Origin: Promethearchaeota archaeon
GTDB taxonomy: Archaea > Asgardarchaeota > Lokiarchaeia > Sigyniarchaeales > SOKP01
NCBI GenBank assembly: GCA_019894975.1
Contig: JAGXNO010000048.1
Location: 1 to 21,640 of the forward strand
DNA length: 21,640 nt
Direction of reading: 5' to 3'
The notes below the pieces were generated by a model. That model was not told the DNA's origin and ran no database searches. It saw only the letters and a program-made list of their open reading frames with translations. The position numbers and the translations under genes are program-made. Positions 1-7,920 of the stretch are shown one piece after another. The number at the start of each line of letters is the position of its first letter. Positions within the stretch are counted from its first letter, which is position 1.

Positions 1-108
1 TTTGTTTTTTATGATGGTAATAAAAAAAAATAAAATAGGTGAAATTGAATCGGATAAGTTCATTGATTCTTTATATGAGAAAAGATAAAAATAAATAAGG
101 AGAATAAA

Positions 109-210
109 ATGGATGATATAATAAAAAATATAATAGCTTTTTTAAAAACTAATGGATGGGAAGAAATGAAAAATACAAAATGTTTATTTTTTATTTCTTC
201 AACATCATAA
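109..210 (+). CDS. Possible small or truncated ORF (33 aa, MDDIIKNIIAFLKTNGWEEMKNTKCLFFISSTS)
   Basis: AAGGAG at 97-102 lies 6 nt before the ATG at 109. It follows another + strand reading frame that ends with TAA at 86-88. Confidence 0.3.
   Translation: MDDIIKNIIAFLKTNGWEEMKNTKCLFFISSTS
160..200. repeat. Imperfect 16-bp inverted repeat (hairpin)
   Basis: GAAGAAATGAAAAATA (160-175) pairs with TATTTTTTATTTCTTC (185-200), with one G-T mismatch and a 9-nt loop. Confidence 0.6.
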
Positions 211-320
211 TTGGAAATAAATAATTCTTTACCTTTCTTTGCTTTCGTTTGCTTGTAATTGTTCCTTCCATATTGTAATTCCCATTCATATAATCGAGCA
301 TAATCAAATAATTCTCTAAT
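207..320 (-). pseudogene. Fragment resembling the extreme C-terminus of a Dam-family DNA adenine methyltransferase
   Basis: The translation IRELFDYARLYEWELQYGRNNYKQTKAKKGKELFISNY ends in the (K)ELxIxNY motif typical of D12-class (Dam) MTase C-termini. Recognised from memory, not searched. Confidence 0.6.
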
Positions 321-713
321 TCTTTTGTAGTCGATTGCAGCCATCCAACAAGTCCCAATTCCGAAACTAATTGCACCGAGTAATATATTCTCAACAGCAG
401 CTCCTACATCAAAATCCACAAAGGCATTTTTAATTTTCTTATTTACTAAAACCACGATATAAGCAGTAGGCTCTCTTCCCTTTTCAGGAGTTCTTTGATC
501 TTCGGGAAGCGAATTTGCCCATCTTACTAATGGGAATAATTTTTGTTTCATTTCAGCGCCATTAACAATTATAAACTCAAGTGCTTGAATATTCCTTGCT
601 ACAGGGGCAACACGAGCATAATCCACTAATTTTTTTAGTGTTTCTAAGGATATTGGGTCTTGTTTGAATCTTCTTATTGTTCTCCTCTTATATACACTTT
701 CTTCTAAATCCAT
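306..713 (-). pseudogene. Nitroreductase family protein, apparently 3'-truncated/chimeric (the ORF runs on to 60 through unrelated sequence)
   Basis: Motifs RRTIRRF (FMN phosphate binding), APVARNIQ, DVGAAVENILLGA and GIGTCW. Similarity stops after IRELF (aa 136), and the usual C-terminal 'IP...LGYP...KR' segment is absent. Confidence 0.8.
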
Positions 714-733
714 TTTTCATCAACTATTTACTA

Positions 734-1759
734 TTATTTCGATTTAAATAAAGTTTCTGCTACTTTATAAAAACTCTGTTCTATATTTTTACCTGTTAAT
801 GCCGATGTTTCAACATAGTCAAGGTTTAGTGTTTCAGCAATCTTTAAAGCTTCTTCACTTAGGATTTGTCGTTCATCAAGCAAATCTTCTTTATTTCCAA
901 AAATTATACCAATTAAATCTTTCTCATACTTTTTTATATCATTAATCCAATTTGAAACACCTTCAAATGATTTGCGATTGGTAAGATCGAATATTAGAAT
1001 CACAGCATCGGTCCCTTTGTAAAAATGTCTTCTCATTAATTCGAATTTCGATTGCCCTGCAATATCCCAGAGAATTAGATTAACATGTTTATCACCTATT
1101 TCCATAAGCCTTTCAGAAATACTTACACCTAGGGTTGGAACATAGGTTCGCATAAAAGCATTATCCGTTAATCGCAAAACGGTACTAGTTTTTCCTACTC
1201 CCGGATCACCGCATACAACGATCTTGAAATTAGATTCTAATAGATCTTTTTTGAGTTCTTCTTCAGGAAAGGCTTCCAATTCGGATGTTGATTTTTCTTT
1301 TTGGTATAAGTCATCTAAGATTTCTGTTAATTTTAGTCGGAAATTATCTATCTCAATAAAGATCTCATCGCTTTTTGCGTCTCTATTTTCTAAATCAATA
1401 AGCTTCTTAGCACTCTCAGAAAAAACGGGTTCAAGGTAATCCATATACTTATAAAAAATAAGATCATCAGCCTCGTTAAACAACAAAGCCATTGATGACA
1501 ATGCAATACCCCCTCGTCGAGAGTCGTCTTCTCTCTCAATATATTTGATAATTCCTTTTAATTTAAATGCCGGGAAGGGCATAATTACTAATGAATTAGG
1601 AACAATTCCTTGATCTGTTGTAAGCATAGTAATAGTCTTAATACTTACACCCATTCGAATCTTTTCTGACAAATCAAGTGGAATCCATAAAAGGGGATTA
1701 GGACCAATAGTCTCGTCTAGTGATGTATATACGATTGCTTTGATAATATCTTCAGACAT
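734..1759 (-). CDS. Longin/uDENN-like domain fused to a Rab-like small GTPase (paralog A)
   Basis: The C-terminal half has G1 GDPGVGKTS, G2 PTLGV, G3 WDIAGQ, G4 NKED and G5 ETSAL. The N-terminal IKAIVYTSLDETIGPNPLLWIP matches the longin/uDENN first beta-hairpin pattern (D-x-x-x-G-P). No C-terminal cysteine for prenylation. Confidence 0.9.
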   Translation of the reverse strand: MSEDIIKAIVYTSLDETIGPNPLLWIPLDLSEKIRMGVSIKTITMLTTDQGIVPNSLVIMPFPAFKLKGIIKYIEREDDSRRGGIALSSMALLFNEADDLIFYKYMDYLEPVFSESAKKLIDLENRDAKSDEIFIEIDNFRLKLTEILDDLYQKEKSTSELEAFPEEELKKDLLESNFKIVVCGDPGVGKTSTVLRLTDNAFMRTYVPTLGVSISERLMEIGDKHVNLILWDIAGQSKFELMRRHFYKGTDAVILIFDLTNRKSFEGVSNWINDIKKYEKDLIGIIFGNKEDLLDERQILSEEALKIAETLNLDYVETSALTGKNIEQSFYKVAETLFKSK

Positions 1760-1887
1760 AGTTTAGGAACGCGTCAAAATGGTATAATAGAACTTTCTAG
1801 TTCAGTTGAGTTTTTTATATAGAGTATAATTATTGGGTTTAAAAAAACTATTTGTCCTTGTTTGTCTAATACCATTTTATAAATTGA

Positions 1888-1909
1888 TCGTGAAACCATC
1901 CTTTCACGA
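1888..1909 (-). terminator. Perfect 8-bp stem-loop 15 nt downstream of the paralog B stop; possible terminator, processing signal or operator
   Basis: TCGTGAAA-CCATCC-TTTCACGA. Confidence 0.4.
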
Positions 1910-1924
1910 AAATTACCTTTTTAA

Positions 1925-2965
1925 TTATTTTCGCGACTCATAAAGCTCTTTAGCAAGAGTTGTGAACGCATTGTCTACATTATCGCCTGAAAAGGCAGAG
2001 GTCTCTAGATACTTGAGGTTAAACTTTTCAGCTAATTTTCGAGCACTTTCAGAAGTTATTTTTTTATTTTTCAAATCTTTTTTGTTCCCAATAATAAAAC
2101 CTGTAATTTCCGCTTCAGGTAGACTAATATCTTTTTTAATATCTGAAAACCAGATGGGGATATTTCCAAAAGAATCAGGATTAGTTAAGTCAAAAACTAG
2201 AAAAACCGCGTCAGATCCTTGATAAAACTGTCTTCTCATGATCTTAAATCTTTCCTGACCCCCCACGTCCCATAAAACAAGTTGGATAATAGTAGAATCT
2301 TCAGTTTTAAAAATTTTATTCGAAACATGAACCCCCATTGTTGAAACATAAGATCTTCTAAAAGCATTATTCGTGTATCTTAAGATTAAGCTTGTTTTTC
2401 CCACCGTCGGGTCACCTACTACAACTATCTTAAATTGATAATCGATCATACTTCGATCAGTAATTTGCTCTGTTACTGCTTCAATTTTAGATTCTTCTAA
2501 TTCTTTTTTTCTAAATTTCTCTAGAAGTTCTACAATTGCATTTTCAAGATTCCTTAATTCCTGTAAAAATTTATCTTCATCCTCATTCGATTGTTCTAGG
2601 AAAGCAATATTTTGTGCGATATCATTGAACGGGTTTGATATCTCTTTCAAGTACTTATAGAAAATTACATCGTCCATTTCCTGAAATAATACAGTTATAT
2701 TTGATTGTCCAACACCCCCTCGCTTATCAGGATCATCCCACTGAATATATTTAATCAAACCTTTCAGTTGTAAGGATGGAAATGGTAAAATCACCAGAGA
2801 TTCTGGAATATGACCTTTCTCGCCAGTAAGAACCGCAAACGATTTGACGCTAATGTGAAGCAAATTTAATTGAGAAAAATCCTCTGGGAAAAATGCTTTT
2901 GGGTTGGGACCAACTTGTTCATCTAAATTGTTGTACATAATAGCTTTGATTATATCTCTTTCCAT
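1925..2965 (-). CDS. Longin/uDENN-like domain fused to a Rab-like small GTPase (paralog B)
   Basis: G1 GDPTVGKTS, G2 STMGV, G3 WDVGGQERF, G4 NKKD, G5 ETSAF. The N-terminal domain is colinear with paralog A (DIIKAI, LDExxGPNP, PFP, LKGxIKYI, RGG, IFYKY). Confidence 0.9.
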   Translation of the reverse strand: MERDIIKAIMYNNLDEQVGPNPKAFFPEDFSQLNLLHISVKSFAVLTGEKGHIPESLVILPFPSLQLKGLIKYIQWDDPDKRGGVGQSNITVLFQEMDDVIFYKYLKEISNPFNDIAQNIAFLEQSNEDEDKFLQELRNLENAIVELLEKFRKKELEESKIEAVTEQITDRSMIDYQFKIVVVGDPTVGKTSLILRYTNNAFRRSYVSTMGVHVSNKIFKTEDSTIIQLVLWDVGGQERFKIMRRQFYQGSDAVFLVFDLTNPDSFGNIPIWFSDIKKDISLPEAEITGFIIGNKKDLKNKKITSESARKLAEKFNLKYLETSAFSGDNVDNAFTTLAKELYESRK

Positions 2966-3050
2966 GATGACTAAAGAATGATAAAAAATCTTATTAGATA
3001 ATTATTTGGATTTAACAAATTATAAATATTCATACTATAAAAAAATTAAT

Positions 3051-3063
3051 AAAAAAAAAAAAA
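3051..3063 (-). terminator. Oligo-T (T13) archaeal terminator candidate
   Basis: 13 consecutive T on the minus strand immediately after the stop of 3064..3774. Confidence 0.6.
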
Positions 3064-3774
3064 TTAAGTTTTTAATCCTAGATACATAAGCCAAAATGAG
3101 CTAAGGTAACCTACCCTTACTAAAATCACAAGAAATCCTGGTACTGTTAATCCTTCTAATAATCCAAATATGCAAAAACATATAGATCCTGCTGATAAAA
3201 ACAAGAAATTTCTTCGTATATCCCCTGATGTTTTTAACCCTTTAATCATGAACCCAAAACCAAGAAAAATTAGAACTGGGAGTAAAAGACCACCCATCAA
3301 AATTCCTGCTAATGTAGTTAAATTGACATTATAATCAATTAAGAGGCCATCTGGGGGAGTGGGGGGTTCAGGGATGAAATTAAACGAATTTAAGGGATCC
3401 ATAAAAATTATTATTTCAAAAGCTATTGAAATGATCAAGAAGATGAGAACGATGTGACGTTTAATCTTTGGAGTTAGAAGCCAAGCACCAATATACATTG
3501 ATGTTATTATCACTGGAGCAAACCAAATATAAGAGATTATAGCAACAATTCCGTTGTTTTCTATATTCTGTTCTAGCGTTAAAACTAATAGAAAATCCAT
3601 AAAAACTCCTAAAAACATTAAACCTGCAAGCATATTTGCTAAACCTAAATATAAAAGAAGTTTTGCTCCTGTTTTTCTTGATTTGTAGATGAAGAAAAGA
3701 CCAAATATAATACCTAGAAGTACCACCCCTGAGGCGGTAATTCCATCGATCCAACCATTAATTTTTAATGCCAA
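3064..3774 (-). CDS. Seven-transmembrane membrane protein, function unknown
   Basis: Seven hydrophobic stretches counted by eye, basic cytoplasmic loops (KSRKTGAK, KIKRH, GDIRRN) and a Pro-rich loop (PEPPTPP). TTG start 9 nt after GGTGA (3784-3788). Confidence 0.8.
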   Translation of the reverse strand: MALKINGWIDGITASGVVLLGIIFGLFFIYKSRKTGAKLLLYLGLANMLAGLMFLGVFMDFLLVLTLEQNIENNGIVAIISYIWFAPVIITSMYIGAWLLTPKIKRHIVLIFLIISIAFEIIIFMDPLNSFNFIPEPPTPPDGLLIDYNVNLTTLAGILMGGLLLPVLIFLGFGFMIKGLKTSGDIRRNFLFLSAGSICFCIFGLLEGLTVPGFLVILVRVGYLSSFWLMYLGLKT

Positions 3775-3922
3775 CTGTAGAATTCACCATCCTAATATAA
3801 ATGATGTACAAGAATAAGATACAATCTTAACTTATTATATGATCTTTCAGTTTAATAAATGATTGGAATGAGAATAGAATAATAATTTGTTTTTAAATCT
3901 CCCTATTTTTAACCTGATTGAT

Positions 3923-4198
3923 TTAATCTTTAATGTTTTCTAAGATAGAGATGATTCGGTAAACTGTTGTGCGGCAATGGAAGGGTATATTTGGGTCAGT
4001 GGAAACATCGTCAACCATATACATTATATTGCTAGAAATAACTCCTTGAGTCTCATCTTCTTTATGCAATTCATCAATGCTTTTTTGAGCTACTCTTTTT
4101 ATGTTTCGGGGGACACTACGATCCCCTAACATTCCATTCAAAAGTTCCTCAACACTTTCAAAAGCCTTTTTTACATCATCACTAAAATCCATGGCCAT
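3923..4198 (-). CDS. UPF0147 family archaeal protein
   Basis: DRSVPRNIKR and DPNIPFHCRT signature segments, 91 aa. GGTGA at 4208-4212 lies 9 nt upstream of the ATG. Confidence 0.9.
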   Translation of the reverse strand: MAMDFSDDVKKAFESVEELLNGMLGDRSVPRNIKRVAQKSIDELHKEDETQGVISSNIMYMVDDVSTDPNIPFHCRTTVYRIISILENIKD

Positions 4199-4293
4199 AG
4201 AACAGAATCACCAAAATTAGAGTTTATAATTAGTGAGAAACGTAGGTTATGGAATATTTTTTGAAATATAATTTTTTGGATTTTAGTAAATTT

Positions 4294-7206
4294 CTAGTAA
4301 ATACCAAACTCACGAATTTCACGTTTTAGCAAGGGTATTTTCTCTTTAAAGCTTCTTATATCACTATTAAATTTCTCGTAATACTTATCAAATTTGTCAA
4401 TTTTACCGTTATCTATTTCTTTCACAAAATCATAGGATACATTTTGAATTTTATTGAAAATATCATCGAATTTGTTAGTGGAATCTAGTAAGTTCTGATT
4501 TACTTTTTTACCTTGTTTCCTTACCATGTTCCGAAGTTTGCCTCTAGGGATTCTAATCTTTTCTATTAGACTATCACATTCATTTAGAAAATCGTAAGAT
4601 TTTTTCTTGTTCTCCTCACTAAGCTTAGCTTCAATTATTTCAGTTCTGTTACAGTTTATACGACCTCGAGCGAATGTATCAAAATTAAGGGAAATAGAAT
4701 CAATTCCTTCCCTTACTAAGAAACGTAGAAAATCAGGGTCATCACTAGGTGCTTGCCCACATATACCTACTTTTCTATCAAATTCGTGAGCTGTTTTAAT
4801 TAGATGACTTACTGATCTTCTTATTGATTCACTATTAGTATTATAATTATAATTATTCATCAAAGGAATCATTTTTTCATTATCTCGACCAACTCCGTAG
4901 GTTAATTGCGTGAGATCATTGCTCCCTATTGAAAACCCGTCAAAGACTTCGCTAAATATGTCAGCACAGATAATATTTGACGGAATTTCAGCCATTACAT
5001 AAACTTTCAGATTATTTTGACCTCGAATTAAACCTTCGGATTCCATAATTTCTATTATCTTTCGAGCTTCTTCAGGGCTCCTACAGAATGGTAGCATAGG
5101 TATAATATTTACCAAACCCCAATCTCTAGCCCTTTTAATTGCTCGTAATTCTAATATAAAAGCTTGCTGAAATTCATCATGTACATATCGTGAACAACCT
5201 CGAAAGCCTAGCATTGGATTATTTTCTTCTCCTTCATAAATCCAACCTCCAATAAGATTCGCATATTCATTAGTTTTAAAATCTGATAATCTGACTACAC
5301 ATTCAGCTAAACTACCATCATTTAATGTTTTCCATACACCTGCTGCAATGGTTGCTATCCCTTCAGCCAATTTATCTACATAAAACTCTTCTTTATCGTC
5401 ATAACCGACTGTTAATTCTCTTATCTTATCTAAAGTCTGCTTTAATTGAAAAATTTCTCGATTGAAAGGATCTTTGTGATAGAGGTCTGATTTTTTAATC
5501 GTTTCTATCTTATTTCTTTGATCTAAAAGAATATCATATCTCATTATTAAAGCTTCAAAATCAATTAATGCATTTGGGTGAATTTGAATCTCATCGTTAA
5601 TTATAAATTCTAATCTTGCTAACCCAGTCCCATCTGGGTGCTTCCCCGAAGAGAGTGCTCCCTTGGGGATTCCTAAATTTACTAAAACTTTGGTTTTTGT
5701 TTTAGGAAGTTTTGCAAATTCAATTGTATCAAAATCATACTCGACATCTTTTAACCATATTCTTGGTTCTCCTTCACTGCAATCAATGGTAACATACTCA
5801 ATACCTTCCCGTTGTTTTTCTTTCATAACTTGGATTATATCATCTGCCCCAACTATAGAAGCAATATTCAATTCTCTCGATACTATGGCAGCATGACAAG
5901 TCGGTCCTCCTCTTTCAGTAATTACTCCGCCTAGATTTTGCATATAAGATGTCCAATCGGGATTAGTTTCTTCTGTAATAAGGATATCTCCGTCTTTTAG
6001 AAGATGAGCATTATTTATTGATTCAATTATTTTTACTTTTCCAAAACCAATTCTTCTTCCTATAGCAATACCAGAATTTTCGATTAATAATTTGTTTTTT
6101 GTTAATTCTTCGGGATCTTCTAGAAGATAAAAGATCTCTTCGACGTCTCCCTTTATACTGTGAACAGTTTCAGGGCGAGCTTGAACAATATAAACTTTTC
6201 CATTGTTTCCTACAGCCCATTCTATATCCATTCTTCTCTCATAATGTTTCCTAATTTTTTGGGCAAAATCTGCTAATATTAAGACTTCCTCATCTTTTAA
6301 ACAATATATCAGTTGCTGATCTTCAGGAACGGGAACCACTTCGGTGCCGATCTTGTCGGTTCCTTCAGAAAAAATCATAATTTTTTCTTTTTTAACGAGT
6401 TCTCGACTAATGATTCTGAGCTCATTAGGATCATGTTTAAAAACTATGAACTCATCACCTTTTTCCACACCCTGTACAATTAGTTCCCCCAAACCCCAAG
6501 TTCCTCTGATTACAATCACGTTAGGGTTACCTGAATCAGGGTCTTCTGTAAACATGACACCAGATGCCTTGACACCTCCCAATCCCCCTGCCATCTCCTG
6601 AATTCCCACAGATAGTTTCACAGAAAAATGATCAAATCCCGCTCGTTCACGGTACATTGTCGCTCTTGTCGTAAAAACTGATGACATATCCCTTAAAATA
6701 TATTCTAAGATCTCCTTTTCTCCTGATATATTCAAATGTGTATCCTGTTGTCCCGCAAATGAAGCATCGGGTAGATCTTCAGCTGTAGCTGAACTTCTCA
6801 CAGCAAATGTAGATTCTTCCCCAATTTTTAAAATTAATTTTGAATAAGCATCTAAGATCTCATCAGCGAGGGAATCCGGTATTTTAGATTGTTCGATCAC
6901 ATATCGGATATTCGCACAAATCTTATCCACTTTTTCTACTGCTTTAATATCCTCTGATTTTAATTCATCAGATATTTTATTTATATCTCTTGCAATTAAC
7001 TCTCGGAGAGAAACTTCCTTCTCTTGAATAGTAAAGAAATTTGTATCTAAAACATAATCAAAAGCTTTCGAAGTTACCGCAAATCCTAGTGGTACAGAAA
7101 TCCCAAAGCTTAATAATTCTCCAAGTGATGCATTTTTACCACCTACAAGAGGTACATCATTAACTCGTACATCTTCAAAGAATTTTATATATCTATAATC
7201 ACTCAT
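4294..7206 (-). CDS. ppsA: Phosphoenolpyruvate synthase (pyruvate, water dikinase) with insertions and a C-terminal extension
   Basis: VGGKNASLGE, AVRSSATAEDLPDASFAGQQDT, DIEWA, QARPETVHS, phospho-His motif GGPTCHAAIVSRELN, EENNPMLGFRG, FSIGSNDLTQL, GICGQAPSD. Confidence 0.95.
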   Translation of the reverse strand: MSDYRYIKFFEDVRVNDVPLVGGKNASLGELLSFGISVPLGFAVTSKAFDYVLDTNFFTIQEKEVSLRELIARDINKISDELKSEDIKAVEKVDKICANIRYVIEQSKIPDSLADEILDAYSKLILKIGEESTFAVRSSATAEDLPDASFAGQQDTHLNISGEKEILEYILRDMSSVFTTRATMYRERAGFDHFSVKLSVGIQEMAGGLGGVKASGVMFTEDPDSGNPNVIVIRGTWGLGELIVQGVEKGDEFIVFKHDPNELRIISRELVKKEKIMIFSEGTDKIGTEVVPVPEDQQLIYCLKDEEVLILADFAQKIRKHYERRMDIEWAVGNNGKVYIVQARPETVHSIKGDVEEIFYLLEDPEELTKNKLLIENSGIAIGRRIGFGKVKIIESINNAHLLKDGDILITEETNPDWTSYMQNLGGVITERGGPTCHAAIVSRELNIASIVGADDIIQVMKEKQREGIEYVTIDCSEGEPRIWLKDVEYDFDTIEFAKLPKTKTKVLVNLGIPKGALSSGKHPDGTGLARLEFIINDEIQIHPNALIDFEALIMRYDILLDQRNKIETIKKSDLYHKDPFNREIFQLKQTLDKIRELTVGYDDKEEFYVDKLAEGIATIAAGVWKTLNDGSLAECVVRLSDFKTNEYANLIGGWIYEGEENNPMLGFRGCSRYVHDEFQQAFILELRAIKRARDWGLVNIIPMLPFCRSPEEARKIIEIMESEGLIRGQNNLKVYVMAEIPSNIICADIFSEVFDGFSIGSNDLTQLTYGVGRDNEKMIPLMNNYNYNTNSESIRRSVSHLIKTAHEFDRKVGICGQAPSDDPDFLRFLVREGIDSISLNFDTFARGRINCNRTEIIEAKLSEENKKKSYDFLNECDSLIEKIRIPRGKLRNMVRKQGKKVNQNLLDSTNKFDDIFNKIQNVSYDFVKEIDNGKIDKFDKYYEKFNSDIRSFKEKIPLLKREIREFGIY

Positions 7207-7317
7207 CTTAAAGAGAACCCTTAAGCGATTCTGGTAACGAGAAATTTCTTAATTAATTATTATTATTCTCCTAATTATAAATTAAACGTTAATAAAAAAA
7301 GTAACGTCAAAAATTAC

Positions 7318-7836
7318 TTAATTTAACTCTTTATTAAATTGTCCAAAATCAGAATCAGTAAATAGACATAAGATAACTTCCTCAATCTTAGTCTCTGCAC
7401 TTAAATATTCCTTTACTGCAGAAATCATTATTTTCGCACATCTATTAACAGGATATCCAAAAATTCCCGTGCTTATTGCTGGGAATGCAACGGATTTTAA
7501 TTCTTTTTCGTCCATTAATTTTAAAGTATTTAAAGTAGCATTTTTCAGCTTCTCATCTTCACTTCCTTCACCCATTCTAGGTCCTACAGCATGTATAACA
7601 TATTTTGCTTTCAAATTTCCTCCTGTTGTAATAACTGCACCACCTACATATGTGCCACCGATTTTGGAACATTCTTCTTGAATAGTAGGTCCACCTTTTT
7701 TCCTAATTGCACCCGCTACGCCCCCTCCAAGAATAAGCTGAGCATTTGCTGCATTGACAATCGCTTCAGTTTCTAACTCGGTTATATCACCTTGTACAAG
7801 CCTAATTTTTGAATTTTTTATAGTAATTTCTTTCAT
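7318..7836 (-). CDS. Macro domain protein (ADP-ribose binding / O-acetyl-ADP-ribose deacetylase, MacroD/YmdB-like)
   Basis: GDIT, IVNAAN, GGGVAGAI, IHAVGP and FPAISTGIFGYP motifs are intact. Confidence 0.95.
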   Translation of the reverse strand: MKEITIKNSKIRLVQGDITELETEAIVNAANAQLILGGGVAGAIRKKGGPTIQEECSKIGGTYVGGAVITTGGNLKAKYVIHAVGPRMGEGSEDEKLKNATLNTLKLMDEKELKSVAFPAISTGIFGYPVNRCAKIMISAVKEYLSAETKIEEVILCLFTDSDFGQFNKELN

Positions 7837-7902
7837 AAAGACTCAATTCAATCATTAATTTCAAGTATAATAATAGAAGACACAATTTTTAAAAAGTATT
7901 AT

Positions 7903-7920
7903 AGAAAGAAAGAAAAAAAA
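7903..7920 (-). terminator. T-rich terminator candidate
   Basis: TTTTTTTTCTTTCTTTCT on the minus strand directly after the stop at 7921. Confidence 0.5.

Noticed and set aside
60-200. Hydrophobic C-terminal 'TM helix' on the nitroreductase ORF
   Set aside because: It is the antisense translation of A-rich + strand sequence beyond the chimeric junction and is not credible as a membrane anchor.
734-2965. Eukaryotic contamination suggested by Rab-like genes
   Set aside because: No introns or prenylation motifs are present, gene packing is dense and prokaryotic, and the neighbours are archaeal marker genes.
4294-7206. Intein as the cause of the long PpsA
   Set aside because: No intein N-terminal block, His-Asn/Cys junction or LAGLIDADG motif was seen; the extra length is dispersed insertions plus a C-terminal tail.
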